From Eledone cirrhosa (taxonomy: Eukaryota), in contig OZ024763.1 in NCBI GenBank assembly GCA_964016885.1, positions 1,240,001-1,304,000 on the forward strand: a stretch of 64,000 nt of DNA. The letters run 5' to 3'. Of this stretch, positions 36,895 to 50,845 are shown in pieces; position 1 is the stretch's first letter, and each line of letters starts with the position of its first letter. The position numbers were made by a program, and so were the translations under genes. The notes beneath the pieces were generated by a model. That model was given only the letters and a program-made list of their open reading frames with translations, had not been told where the DNA came from and searched no databases.

Positions 36895-38052
36895 GTAAAT
36901 TCTTGTTGATAATTTTATAGAATTTCTGTAAAATAGTGACCAAAGGGATTATTTTTTACACTTTATAAAGGTCTCTTTCATTAGGTGAAACTTTTATCAT
37001 GATGTGGGGGGGGGGGGGTTATTTTGGGTGTCTATTCTATACATTTGAGTGTGTTGGGGGGGGGGGGGGTACAAACTCGAGCTGCCCTGAGTGGGCTGGG
37101 TGCTTTTTGTTGTAGGTAACATGGTAAAAACCCAGTCCACACTGTAAATGTGGTTGGTGTTAGAAAGGGTATCCAGCCGTAGAAAACCTGCCAGACAGTC
37201 CTATACGAGCGAGACACGGTCACCCGACCAATCTTGCCTCAAGTGGGACAATTCCCGTCTAACCCATGCTAGCATGGAAGATAGACGTTAAACGATGATG
37301 ATGACCAGCACTACTACTTTACTGAGTAAGCTGGGTGCTTTTGGTCCTAGCACCAACACTACCATTTTACAGAGCAGGCTGGATGTATTTTATCATGGCA
37401 CCAGCAGTACCACTTTACAGGGTGAGCTGGGTGCTTTTTATCCTGGCTCCAGCACTACCATTTTACAGAGCAGGGTGGATAAATTTTATCATGGCACCAA
37501 CAGTACCATTTTACAGAGTGGGCTGGGTGCTTTTTATTGTGCCACCAGCACTACTACTATATTGAGTAAGCTGGATGCTTTTTATCCTGACACCACCTCT
37601 ACCATTTTATAGAGCAGGCTGGTTGTATTTTATCTTGGCAACAGCACTTCCATTTTACAGATTGGGCTGGGTGCTTTGGGTGCTTTTGATCCTGGCACCA
37701 GCACTACTATTTTATCGAAGGGGCTGAGTGCATTTTTATCATGTCACCAACATTACCACTTTACAGAGTGGGCCGAGTGTATTTTATCATGGTACCAGCT
37801 GTACCATTTTACAGAGTGGGCTGGATGCTTTTTGTTGTGTCCAGCACTACTACTTTACTGAGTAAGCTGGATGCTTTTTATCCTGACACTAGCTCCACCA
37901 TTTTATAAGAGTAGGCTGGGTGCATTTTATCTCAGCACCAGCACTTCCACTTTTAGAACATTAGAATATGTATGTATAAAGTTTTTTAAAAAAACAGCAA
38001 CATCAACAACAACATCAACAAAATAACTTGTTTTATTTCTTATATATTTCAG

Positions 38053-38106
38053 ATGCAATTATTTGTCGAAGAGAGTTCTTTGAAACGAAAGCTGTACACT
38101 TCATGA
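38053..38106 (+). CDS. MAD2L2: MAD2L2 exon 7 (terminal)
   Basis: TTTCAG acceptor; MQLFVEESSLKRKLYTS* (REV7 MQLYVEE); the seven exons sum to 654 nt = 217 aa + stop. Confidence 0.93.
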   Translation: MQLFVEESSLKRKLYTS

Positions 38107-38772
38107 ATAGAGACGGCGTGTGTGTGTATATATTGTTGTTGTCAAAAATAACAGAAGGACGAGATCTTGCTGATGTGTTGGGTTAGTGTGTACAAAGCTT
38201 TGTCACTGGATAAGCTTTCTTGTTCTTCTTCTAGTTGTTGTTGTTTGTTAAGGTTGTGTGTACTTAACAAAAACTAACCCCCCTTTCTTCTTCACAGTTA
38301 TCAGTAAGACCATTGTCTCTGATTTACTAAAACCATTCTGAAGATTTTTGGAGAAAAATCTCTGCTGAGAGAAATCTAAGAGAACGAACACAAAAACTCA
38401 TATATATATATATACACACACACATATATTCATATATATATATATATACACATATATATATACACATATATATATATATATATATACACATATTCATATA
38501 TATATATACATATATATTCATATATATATATATATACACATATTCATATATATATATATATACACATATTCATATATATATATATATATACACATATTCA
38601 TATATATATATATTCATATACATATATATATATACACATATATTCATATATATATATATATACACATATATATTCATATACACATTTATATTCATATATA
38701 TATATATATATACACATATATTCATATATATATATACACATATTCATATATATATATATATATACACATATA

Positions 38773-38862
<90 letters not shown>

Positions 38863-38864
38863 TA

Positions 38865-38906
<42 letters not shown>

Positions 38907-41900
38907 TATATATTCATATATATATATCCATACATACACCCATATATATATATATATGTATTATGTTACTAGGCCATGTATATATTTGCATATCTAAATG
39001 ACATACCTGTAATTTGATTCTGTTTATGTCATGTGTTGTGTGAGCAGGTAAGTTGTTGCAGCTACTGTGGTGAGTTCATTCGTCCTACAAACCTACATCA
39101 TCGTCTAGTCGTCTGGTGAAGATTCATGGCCTAGTGGTAAGGCTGTTTGACTTGCAATTGTAAGGTTGTGTGATTGATTCCTAGACCGGGTGACATGTGT
39201 TCTTGAGCAAGTTTTTTGATTTTTAAAAAAATTTTATTTATTTCATGCTGTTTGGTCTCCCTATCATTAAAACACCTGAGAAACTTTTTATGAGATGCAA
39301 CCTCTTGCGAAGCTAATTAATACTTAATCAGCAACATGTTTGTATAATAGGTCTCGGTCCCTCTATCATTAAAACACCTGAGAAACTTTTTATGAGATGC
39401 AACCTCTTGCGAAGCTAATTAATACTTAATCAGCAACATGTTTGTATAATAGGTCTCGGTCCCTCTATCATTAAAACAGCTGAGAAACCTCCTATGAGGT
39501 ACAGCCTCTTGGGATGCCAGTTAATACTTAATCAACAATAGGACTAGGTCCCCCCCCCCCCCTGTCATTAAAATACCTAACACACCCATGACGTACCTCT
39601 TGAGAGGCCAGTTAATACTGTATCTGTTTGAGTTGTAAGAACAACAGCAACATATGTGTATATAATAGGACTTGCTGCCTCTGTCATTAAAACATCCAAG
39701 AAACCTCCGGTGAGATGCAATCTCTTGGGAGACAATCGAAAACCTACATAGGTGTGAGCTTTAACAACAACAACAACAACAACAAAATCATGTATTATAG
39801 GACTGGAATCCCCTATCATCAAAACACCCGAGAAACCTCCTATGACATGCGACCTTGTGGTAGCCTATCTCGACTACATAGGTGTGAGCTGTAAATTTTA
39901 TTTACTTAAAAAAAATTCTTCATCATCAAGTTGTCTAACTTTTTTTGGATACATTCAACTTCATGATGCAGCTTATTTCAATCCCACATAAATATTTAGA
40001 TGAGCTCAGTAGAGTAACATCCCATGACCATACAGTGCTGGTTTGTTTGGGTTTTTTTTGTTGGACAGCTGTCACATATATATACGCATAAATATATTAT
40101 ATATATCATCATCATCACCATTTAATGTCCATTTTTCCACGCTAGCATGAGTTAGAAAAGTTGTCCTGTTGTGAGAAAAAGCAAGTCTGTTTATTTCATA
40201 TATCTATTATCCATGTCATGGTCTCTCTAGGAGTATATCACTTAATGTTTTCTCCCTGAGCTCCCTGAAACCATGTTTTGTAATATGCATGTTAGTTCAT
40301 TAGGTAATGATATAAAATAAAATATAAAAAAAAACAAACGTATGTACTAGTGGGTGGCTTTTTTGTTGGTTGTATATATCTATCAGGTACCACCATGCTG
40401 GAATATATATATATATACATCATCACCATTTTACATCCATTTTCTCATGCTAGCATGGGTTAGACGAGTTGTCCTGTTATATATATATAATCATCATCAT
40501 TATTGTCGTTTTAATGTCCACTTTCTCTGCTAGCAAGGGTTGGACAGGTCTACATAGACCTAGTCAGTACTGAAGTGGAGTCTCTGATCTTCCCGACAGG
40601 CCAGGGACCTGTTTTCTTGCTTATGTCCAGTCAATGCATCCCCAAGGGCACAGGAAAGATTGTCATGTCATTGACACAAGAGAAGGTCCTACCGACCCTT
40701 TGTTTGACAAGATTTCTATGGTAGTAATTTAATATCAGGTTCTTATATAATGGGTGACCTTATTTCAGAAAACCAGAGCTGGTTTTGGCCAGGTTGGTAA
40801 CTAAAGGGTTAAAATATACAGCTTTGTATCATAGAACCAGGAGTGGTTTCAGACTGTTTGCTATCAGAAGATTTAGTATAGGTCCATACATGATATTATG
40901 ATGGAAAGTTTTTAAATCTAATATATGTATTGGAGGCCTGCGGGACTGTGTCAGGTTTATTTTTTCTGAAAACGTTATTAAAATAAGTTGGAGTACTTTG
41001 AATAAATCATGAATGAATATTATATAATTTATCTACTTAATTTTGTAGCTGTTTATTAAACATAAATATTCTTATATATAAGTAATGTATAGCTTATTTT
41101 AAGATTCACTTCTTTCCAGTTAGCATCAAATATATCATAACACTTAGCCATATATCACAACACTTAGCCGTATATCACATCACTTATATAAATGTTCATA
41201 TATTTGCATCATAACATTTATATTTCTGTCGCTAGTTTTCATAACATTTCACCGTAATGCAGTTTATATATAATATCGTCTTTTTTAAATGTATCATGGA
41301 TTACTTTACTGATTACATAAGACAGTGTAACGCAGTCTCTCTTCAATTTCTGTGAATATTGTCAATTATGATTTCATTTGATGTATCATATCTACATGCA
41401 TGTATATTTGCATATAATATCAATATGCACACTATACTTGCAAGCAAAAAAACCACCCTTTGGGTAAATATACACATTTTAACCCTTTCATGACCGCATT
41501 TCTAATGAAATACACTCTATTTTAATCAATTAATGAAGAATTTTGAGGGATTTACTAAAATTATTAATTATTTCATTACTAAGATAGTAACTTAATATAA
41601 GGTTCTTGTATAAAATTATGGTAGAAGATTTTAATTTAAATAGGAACCCTGTATTTTAATTAATTAATTGTTTCTACATTAGGCACAAGGCCAGCAATTA
41701 CCCAGTGCATTACTGGTACTTTATTTTATCGACCCCGTAAGGATGAAAGGCAAAGTCAACCTCGGTGGGATTTGAACTCAGATCGTAAAGGGACGTAACT
41801 ATGCTGGAAGGCATAATTAATGAAGAAATTTGAGAGATTTACTAAAATTATTATTTATTTCATTACTAAGATAGTAACTTAATATAAGGTTCTTATATAA

Positions 41901-42427
41901 AATTATAGTGGAAGATTTTAATTAGTTAATGAATATTGAGGGATTTATTAAAATTATTATTTATTTCATTACTAAGATAACTTAATGTAAGGTTCTTATA
42001 TAAAATTATATTGGAAGAATATAATTTAAATTGGAAACCTTTCAAAATGGGTGACTATTTCATCGAACCAGAGCTGGTTTTGGCTGGGTTGGTAACTAAA
42101 GGGTTAACCCATGCAAAAATAGAAAATAGATGTTAAACAATGATGATGAAACATATTTCCGTCCTTTTGTTTTCATTTCCTGTTTCTTTTTTTCTTTTCT
42201 TGTGTGTGTGTGTGGGAGGGGGAGGGAGTCATCTTCATTTTCTTCTTTTTCCTGTTCAGTGTGTTCTTTCTCACCATGGTAATAAATGCACGCACCAGCT
42301 GGTGTCTTGTTGTCATGGCAACATTGCTATTGAGCTGGGGCTGTCAATAGATCATAGAGATCAAAGATTGGAGTTTCACTTATTGAGTTTCTGTCACTTG
42401 AAACATACATGTGTGTGTGTGTATATA

Positions 42428-44770
42428 AGCAGTCAAGGCCAAGAGACAGGCATGGAAAGAATGGAAGAACGGGGGGAGCAGGGTACATTACATAGAGACC
42501 AAGAGGGAAGCTAGGCGACAAGTATACTTAGCTAGGAGGGAAGCAGAGGATAGAAAATTCAAGCATGTTTTACAACGTGAGGACCAGAAACAAGAGGTAT
42601 TCAAGATTGCGAGGCAGTGTGTCAGAGATAGTTGTGATGTCATTGGAGAGAAGTGTATCCGGAATGATAAAGGTGAGCTTGCCCTCACAAGTGCTGAGAA
42701 GAAAGATGCATGGAAGAGTCATTATGATAGATTACTAAATGAGGAGAATGCATGGGAAGAAGAGACCCTACCCCACGTAGACCCTATAGAGGGACCAGCA
42801 GTACAAGTCAGCGGCAGCGTAGTAAGTAAGGCAATCAGAGATATGAAGATAGGGAAGGCAACCGGTCCATCGGGTATAGCTGCCGAGATGCTGAAGGCAT
42901 CTGGGTCTGTAGGTCACACTATAACCACACGTATCGTTAACCAGGTAATACTAGAGGGGGCCATACCAAAAGATTGGTGCAGTAGCATCATTGTCAACTG
43001 CTACAAAGGTAAAGGCGATGCACTAGATAGAGGAAACTATAGAGGTATAAAGTTGATGGACCAGGTCATTAAAGTAACAGAAAGAGTTATAGCACAGCTG
43101 ATTAGGGACCGGGTGAATATAGACGAGATGCAATTTGGGTTTGTTCCAGGGAAAGGCACCACTGATGCGCTCTTCCTTGTGAGGCAATTACAGGAAAAGT
43201 ACCTAGCTAAAAGTAAGCCACTCTACTTGGCATTTGTCGACCTTGAGAAAGCCTTTGACAGAGTTCCACGTGCAGTAATCTGGTGGGCTCTTAGAAAACT
43301 AGGAGTAGATGAATGGCTTGTGAAAGCGGTACAAGCCATGTATAGGGGAGCAGTCAGCAAAGTTAGGATTGGCAATGAGTATAGCGAGGAATTTAGCGTA
43401 CAGGTTGGGGTCCACCAGGGCTCTGTTCTTAGCCCTCTCCTGTTCATCATAGTCCTGCAGGCAATAACGGAGGAGTTTAAGACCGGATGCCCATGGGAAC
43501 TCCTGTATGCTGATGACCTCGCACTCATAGCTGAATCTATGGTAGAACTAGAGAATAAATTCCAAACCTGGAAGCAGGGACTAGAGAGAAAGGGCCTCAA
43601 AGTCAACATGACAAAGACTAAGGTCCTTATAAGTAGACGAGAAAACAGAACCCAGATCCCCTCAGGGAAATGGCCTTGCTCAGTATGTAGGAAAGGTGTA
43701 GGTAGGAACTCCATCCTTTGCCCCAAATGCAAACAATGGGTACACAAGAGATGTAGCGGGATCTCAGGAAGCTTAATTAAGAATGTAGGATTCACATGCA
43801 GCAGCTGTGCTGAAACAGCAAGCAAACAGCCACAGGAAACAAGTACCACCAATCTCTGGGAGGGCCCTGTAGAAACAGTAGACAGCTTCTGCTACCTAGG
43901 TGACCGAATTAGCAACGGAGGTGGGTGCTCAGAAAGTACAATAACTAGGGTAAGAACGGGATGGAAGAAGTTTAGGGAACTACTACCACTGCTAGCTGCA
44001 AAAGGCTTCTCCCTCAGAATGAAAGGCAGACTGTATGATGCGTGTATCCGAACAGCGATGTTGCATGGTAGTGAGACCTGGGCGCTGAAGGTGGAAGACT
44101 TACGTAGATTAGAGAGAAACGAAGCCTGCATGCTCCGATGGATGTGTAACAGTAATATACGTGAACGACAAAGCATAAATGAATTGAGAGAGAGACTGAG
44201 CATAAGAGGAATCAAATGCTGCGTGCAGGAGAGGCGGTTACGCTGGTATGGACATGTGATGCGTATGAAGGATGACAGCTGCATAAAAAGGTGCAGAGCA
44301 CTAGAAGTTGATGGAAACCGCGGAGTGGGGAGACCCAAGATGACTTGGGATGAGGTGATAAAAGCCGACCTTACCCAACTACACCTCTCAAAGTCAATGA
44401 CACACGACCGTGACTTCTGGCGTCACGCAGTAATACAGGGTACCCGACCTCCCATGGGTACATGCTGAAGCATATAAACAATATGCCCCCCCCCCCCCCA
44501 CCGCAAGGTGGTCGTGGAGGTGCCACGGCAAAAAAGCACCCAGCCCACACTGTAAAGTGGACGTGTAGGCGCCACGAAAAAGCACCCAGCACTCACTGTA
44601 AATGAGGTTGGTGTTAGGAAGGGCATCCAGCTGTAGAAATCAAGCCAGATCAGTTCCTGTATGAGCAAGGCATGGTCAGCCGACCAGACACTGCCCACAA
44701 CAGGACAACCCGTCTAACCCATGCTAGCGTGGAAGAACGGACGTAAAACGGTGATGATGATGATGATGAT
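42428..44770 (+). mobile_element. RTE-clade LINE, 5'-truncated, uninterrupted RT ORF with PHD-like Zn finger, 3' UTR and (GAT)n tail
   Basis: Frame open from about 42429 (AVKAKRQAWKEWK) through ORF 42843..44468: QFGF, FVDLEKAFDRV, GVHQGSVLSP, YADD, C-x2-C...H-x2-C...C-x2-C, YLG, LHGSETW, RLRWYGHV, GRPK; no endonuclease domain. Confidence 0.95.
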
Positions 44771-45246
44771 ATATTTATATATATATATGTATGTCTGTGT
44801 ATATATATATATGTATGTCTGTGTGTATATATATATATGTATGTCTGTGTGTGTTTCTATATATGTATGTCTGTGTGTATATATATATATGTATGTCTGT
44901 GTGTATATATATATATATATATGTCTGTGTGTATATATATATATGTCTGTGTATATATATATATATGTCTGCATGTGTATATGTCTGCGTGTGTATATAT
45001 ATGTCTGCATGTGTATATATATGTCTGCGTGTGTGTATATATATATATATATATGTCTGTGTATGTATATATATATATGTGTGTGTATATATATATATGT
45101 AATGTATTTTGTGTGTCTATATACACGTGCATATATACAGGACACGGTGATCTGACCTGTCTAGCTTTATAATACGACAGCTTACCTAACCCATGCAAGC
45201 ATGGCAAATAAGCGTTAAACTGGTGATGATGATGATGTATATAATA

Positions 45247-45301
<55 letters not shown>

Positions 45302-46187
45302 TGTAAAAGTGGTTGGTGTTAGGAAGGGCATCCAGCATTAAAATACCCAGCCAAACTTACAGTCCTTGCCGGATAGATTTCATATTATGTGAGGTAAGAC
45401 CTTTACCGTGAAAATACAATAGTATTTATAGAATAATCTGAATGCCTAAGGGTTAACAGCGATCCCTTGTATTTCAAATTAATCTATGAATTCCAAATAC
45501 ACTCATACTCTGTCTCAATTTTCAAAGCAGCAATGTTTCTTTAAAAAATATTTTCATTTTAAAGCTACTGAAGGGCAACATTTCAATGTGTGTGGTACTG
45601 ATATAGTGAATGTGCGGCTGTGCAGCTTAGAACGAATGTTGCAGTCAACCAAGATACATGTAATATATATATATATGTTGCTGATTCCAAACCTAGCAGA
45701 GGAATATTTCAGGCAGGTCAAAATCATAATTCGTCTTTTTATCTTTGAATATGCAGATATTGGCAACCTTAATAATCTAACATGTAAAAAAAAAAAGACA
45801 AGTGATGTTTTCATGTTTTTAGTATCATATGTGTAAAACACACAAAAGCAAGGAAGGTGCCTGTTAATTCACTTTTAGTGATGACGAATAATTGAACATA
45901 TTTTCTTTAGTTTTTGTGTGTTTGATACATATGATACTGAATATCTGAAAATATTATGTATTTGCATGTGAAGAGGTGAATATATCATATTCTTTATATA
46001 ATTGAAAAGATGAATGTGTGATGCATTTTTAAAAGGTTTTTGGCAACCAATCAAATCTCGATGACTAATCATATTTCGATGTGTTTATGAATATTTTGCT
46101 TATATAGTGTTGTGCAGCTTCCCTTCAGTCATTTGAATAACTGGCATTGTGAAACTCAGATTAACATTTCATTGAGCTTCAGCTTCT

Positions 46188-46232
<45 letters not shown>

Positions 46233-46474
46233 TGTGTGTGTGTGTATATATATATATATGTGTGTGTGAGTGTGTAACAGCAAACATGGAGACAGTGGTA
46301 CATTTTATGTGTATACATATGTATATATATATATATTTCTTTAGGTTTGTTGGTTCACCACTGGATAGAACTGGTCATTCCATATGGTCAATCCTGGTGT
46401 AATATCGGGAAGAGTACTCAACGCCGTGCAGTTCACCCATCTTCGTTTGTGTAGTTGGTGGTGCGAATACGGAG

Positions 46475-46512
<38 letters not shown>

Positions 46513-46515
<3 letters not shown>

Positions 46516-46702
46516 GGTGGACTGAAAAGTTCATAGTGACTATGAAAGAGAGATGCTAGAGCTGTGAAATCTTTTATGCATTAATTTCAACTCTTATTAA
46601 CTGCATTGTTTCCTTCCAGGGACTATGTTGAAAAATAAACCTCATTTGGTCATTCCATGAGAGGATCTTGGTCAACCTATGAACTTTTCAGCTGACCCTT
46701 AC
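46513..46702. mobile_element. Tc1/mariner-type MITE
   Basis: TIR GAGGGTGGACTGAAAAGTTCATAG / CTATGAACTTTTCAGCTGACCCTT in TA context. Confidence 0.65.
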
Positions 46703-46851
46703 ATATATTGATATTATAATATATATATACTCACAGGTCCCAAATAATAAGAGGGGGGCATTGGACATTTGCTTAAATTCTTATGAGTGGCAGAATAGTG
46801 AACGGTCATAAATATGGAATTTCTTGTAATGTTCTTTTTTTTTTGTCATAT

Positions 46852-47042
46852 ATAATTGTTTCTACTTTAGGCACAAGGCCAGCAATTACCCAGTGCATTA
46901 CTGGTACTTTATTTTATCGACCCCCGTAAAGGATGAAAGGCAAAGTCAACCTCGGCGGGATTTGAACTCAGATCGTAAAGGGACGTAACTATGCTGGAAA
47001 GCATGGCGTCCGACCCTCTACCGATACTGCCAATCCACCGCC
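46852..47042 (-). mobile_element. tRNA-derived SINE with Meta-type central domain (copies 3144-3333, 6328-6489, 17637-17790, 30820-31262, 31782-32160, 35597-35778, 41665-41812, 49200-49390, 55462-55650)
   Basis: TGGCAGTATCGG A box, GAGTTCAAATCC B box, GCCTTTCATCCTTACGGGGTCGATAAAATAAAGTACCAG core. Confidence 0.82.
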
Positions 47043-47254
47043 ATATATGTTTTTTTTAATGTAAAATAAAATCATTATTAGATTCTCCCAGCTGCTGTAT
47101 TGATATGAATTCACTTACAATAACATTTCGCTGGAGATAGATTTACAATATTTAATAAGTGTGGGGAGGGGGTGGGAAAAAGTATGGGGAGGGGTGGTGG
47201 AAAAATTTCGAAAAATTAATAAGTTGGGAGAGAACTATTATTCAAAACCTGAGA

Positions 47255-47292
<38 letters not shown>

Positions 47293-47939
47293 GAAAAGGT
47301 TCAGGACTCCGACGGCAGAGCTCAAGCCGTTTCAACAGCTATTTCTGGCTATTTCTAGTCCAGAAATAGCCAGTTGAACGGCTTGAGCTCTGCCATTGGG
47401 GTCCTGAACCTTTTCCTATTACCCACTCTACCACCCAAAGTATTGAGTACTCTGGTGCGTTATGGACCACCTGGTCCCTTACCATACTTCCTTTGTTATA
47501 TATATATATATATGATAGAACTTTAATTGAGAAGACTGTTGAATCCTCATATGTCGATATATGACAGGAGAGTCCATTATATATGTATGTGTATATGTGC
47601 ATGTATGTGTATATGTGCATGTGTGTGTATATGTGCGTGTGTGTGTGTGTGGATGAAAGAAAGTGTATTGATTTTTGTCCATGCTTTGATTTATCTATTT
47701 CTGACTGATAAAAAAAAACCCAAAAAAGAAATCTACTTAAGCCGAGGTCATCTTATCCACATGCTTTACAATATAAGACATTCAGGAAAAAAAAAAAAAA
47801 AAATGGAGATAAAAAAACATCCATGTCAACAATATAAAAAAAAATAATAAATAAAGTTTACCATGTTTAAGGAGACACGTGTGAGTGTTTTGTTTTTTAG
47901 TCTTTTTAAAAAAAAATGTTTTTGCCCCCATTGAAATAG

Positions 47940-48592
47940 ACCTACAGCTGTCTATGTTGATAGAACTACAGTCTATGTTGATAGAACTACAGTCTGTATA
48001 TATTAATAGAACTACAGTCTGTCTATGTTGATAGAACTACAGTCTATGTTGGTAGAACCACAGTCTGTCTATGTTGATAGAACTACAGTCTGTCTATGTT
48101 GATAGAACTACAGTCTGTCTATGTTGATAGAACTACAGTCTGTTGGTAGAACTAGTCTGTCTATGTTGATAGAACTACAGTCTGTTGGTAGAACCACAGT
48201 CTATCTATGTTGATAGAACTACAGTCTGTCTATGTTGATAGAACTACAGTCTGTCTATGTTGATAGAACTAGTCTGTCTATGTTGATAGAACTACAGTCT
48301 GTCTATGTTGATAGAACTACAGTCTGTTGGTAGAACCACAGTCTGTCTATGTTGATAGAACTACAGTCTGTTGGTAGAACTACAGTCTGTCTATGTTGAT
48401 AGAACTACAGTCTATGTTGGTAGAACTACAGTCTGTTGGTAGAACTACAATCTGTTGGTAGAACTACAATCTGTTGGTAGAACTACAGTCTATGTTGATA
48501 GAACTACAATCTGTTGGTAGAACTACAATATGTTGATAGAACTACAATATGTTGATAGAACTACAATCTGTTGGTAGAACTACAGTCTGTTG
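47940..48592. repeat. 21-27-bp minisatellite (GTCTATGTTGATAGAACTACAGTCT variants)
   Basis: Direct reading. Confidence 0.92.
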
Positions 48593-48911
48593 ACCACCAC
48601 AAGACACATTGACACTTCATACATGAACCTAGTATCACTCTGTCTAATAATCCAGTCTAATCTATCTTAAGTTTTTTATGAAGGAGTGTGGTTTAGTGGT
48701 TAGAGAATTAGGTTCACAATCTTGAGGGTGTGAGACTTAATGCCACTAGACATGAACCTAGTATTGTTCTCTCTAATAATCCAGTCCTGTCTACCTTTTT
48801 ACTGGCTGATGTGAAGGTGTGTGGCTGAGGGGTTAGATAGTTGGGTTAACAATTGTGAGGTTGTGAGACATTGACACTATATGAATGACCATAGTATTGT
48901 TCTGTCTAGTC

Positions 48912-49084
48912 CAGGCATGTCAAACATGCGGCCCTTTTACAAGCACACCTGCGGGCCCCCACAAAGGTTTTTACAGCGCGAGCATGTTTCATCTTTGTAA
49001 TATAAAATAAAAAAAAATTAGCTGTAATGTGTGCATTTAGTTGTCGTGTGTGGCCCTTGGAGGACCCTCAGTTTGACATGCCTG
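48912..49084. mobile_element. hAT-type MITE (relative at 35806-36092)
   Basis: TIR CAGGCATGTCAAAC; 8-bp TSD GTCTAGTC/GTCTAGTA. Confidence 0.85.
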
Positions 49085-50037
49085 GTCTAGTACATCTAGC
49101 TTTTTACTGGCTGATGTGAAGGTGTGTGGATGAGTGGTTAGAGAACTGGGTTTGCAATCTTGAGGTTATGTGACACATTGTCACTACAGACATGTCTAAT
49201 AATTGTTTCTACTTTTGGCACAAGGCCAGCAATTACCCAGTGCATTACTGGTACTTTATTTTATCGACCCCGTAAGGATGAAAGGCAAAGTTAACCTCGG
49301 CGGGATTTGAACTCAGAATGGCAAGGGCTGCAACTCTATGCATCAAAGCTTGGCATCCAACCCTCTACCGATACTGCCAATTCACCGCCCATGTCTAATA
49401 ATCAAGTCCATGTTAAGCCTTTTGTGAACATATTTCTAATCAAATGTTCTCCATTTCAATTAATTCTTGAAGCGTCTTAACCCTTTAGCATTGAAACCGG
49501 CCATATCCGGCCAGAATTCTCTCACCTCTTTCTGTTCAAACCAGCTGTAACTCGCCACTCATACTTATGTTAAGGTATTGTTCTCAAAATAAATAATATA
49601 AAAATCTAATAGATTCAATATTATGTGAGATAAAGTGTTTACCATGAAAATACAATGGTATATATAGCGTAATGTAAATGCTAAAGGGTTAAGGGATTTA
49701 CTGTATTGTATGAAAGGTGCATGGCTTAGTGGTTAGAGCATTGGGCTTGCAATCGAAAGGTTGTGAGTTCAATTCTCAGACCGGGTGAGATGTTGTTTCC
49801 TTTATTTCATGTTGCTCCAGTTTACTCAGCTGTAGAAATGAGATGATAGTACTGGGGTCCTTATCATTGAATTACCCAAGACACCTCCAACGAGATATAC
49901 CTTGGAGGAGGCCAGCTAAACCTGCATAGGTGTGAGCTGTAACAACAAAAACAAAAAAAATGACTGTAAATATTGGCCGACTAATCTTACCTCAGCCAGT
50001 TTTGATACCACTTCCAACTCAGCTGCACATGTCAGTC

Positions 50038-50645
50038 CTATTCATGAAGATTATGAACAGGAGGTGTTAATATGCACCCTTGATAGAATCCGACACCCTC
50101 ATTGAATGGTTTTGACTTAACACCATTAATCCAAACATAAATACTGGGACATTTGTATAGGGACCTAAAGGCAACAAAAACCTGTACATTGAACCCATAT
50201 TCTTGCAGAACCTTCCACAATAGGTCCTTTGGAATGTGGTTGTATATATTTTTTGAGGTCCACAAAGCAAGCATACACTTCTTGGCAAGACTCCTATGAT
50301 TTCATGATTTCTCAAAGACCTGCTGCAGATTGAATATTTTGGTCAGTCAAGAAACTGTATATTGATTCCATATTCGTGCAGAACATTCCACAATAGGTCC
50401 CTTGGAATGTGTTTGTATGTAGTTTTTGAGGTCCCTGAAACAAGCATATATCTCTTGGTAAGATTCTGACACATTTCTCAAAGACCCTGCTGCAGATTGA
50501 ATATTTGGTCAACTGTGTTATATCTGGGGGTGAAAACCACATTGTTTATCATCTAGTTTTGACTCAATAATATCCTTACCTCTCTTTGCCAGACACTTAG
50601 CATCGTCAATTCAGTGTTTGTGCCTACCCTTACCTATGGTAGTGA
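50038..50645 (-). pseudogene. Degenerate, partly duplicated RT fragment of an RTE-like LINE
   Basis: IPKDLLWKVLQEYG...GVGFYQGCILTP remnants with frameshifts. Confidence 0.65.
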
Positions 50646-50845
50646 AATAGTCAGAGGTTATTGCTTTACATAAATCAGAGCTTCCAAAACTTTTTCAAAC
50701 ACGAAAGCCTTTTTGGTTCAGAAACTTCTGGGGGAACCCCAAAGTCTAATACAGTTATATGGTCATAATATATACACCTCTACCTTTTTTCACGGAACTG
50801 CAGACACTCCTTTGTGGAACCCACTTTGGGAACCGCAAACATATA

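Noticed and set aside
38335-38385. CTGAAGA...GAAA in the MAD2L2 3' region
   Set aside because: Could not build consistent stems I and III
43223-44338. Long antisense ORFs over the RTE RT region (also 8211-8903)
   Set aside because: Shadow frames of the LINE coding strand
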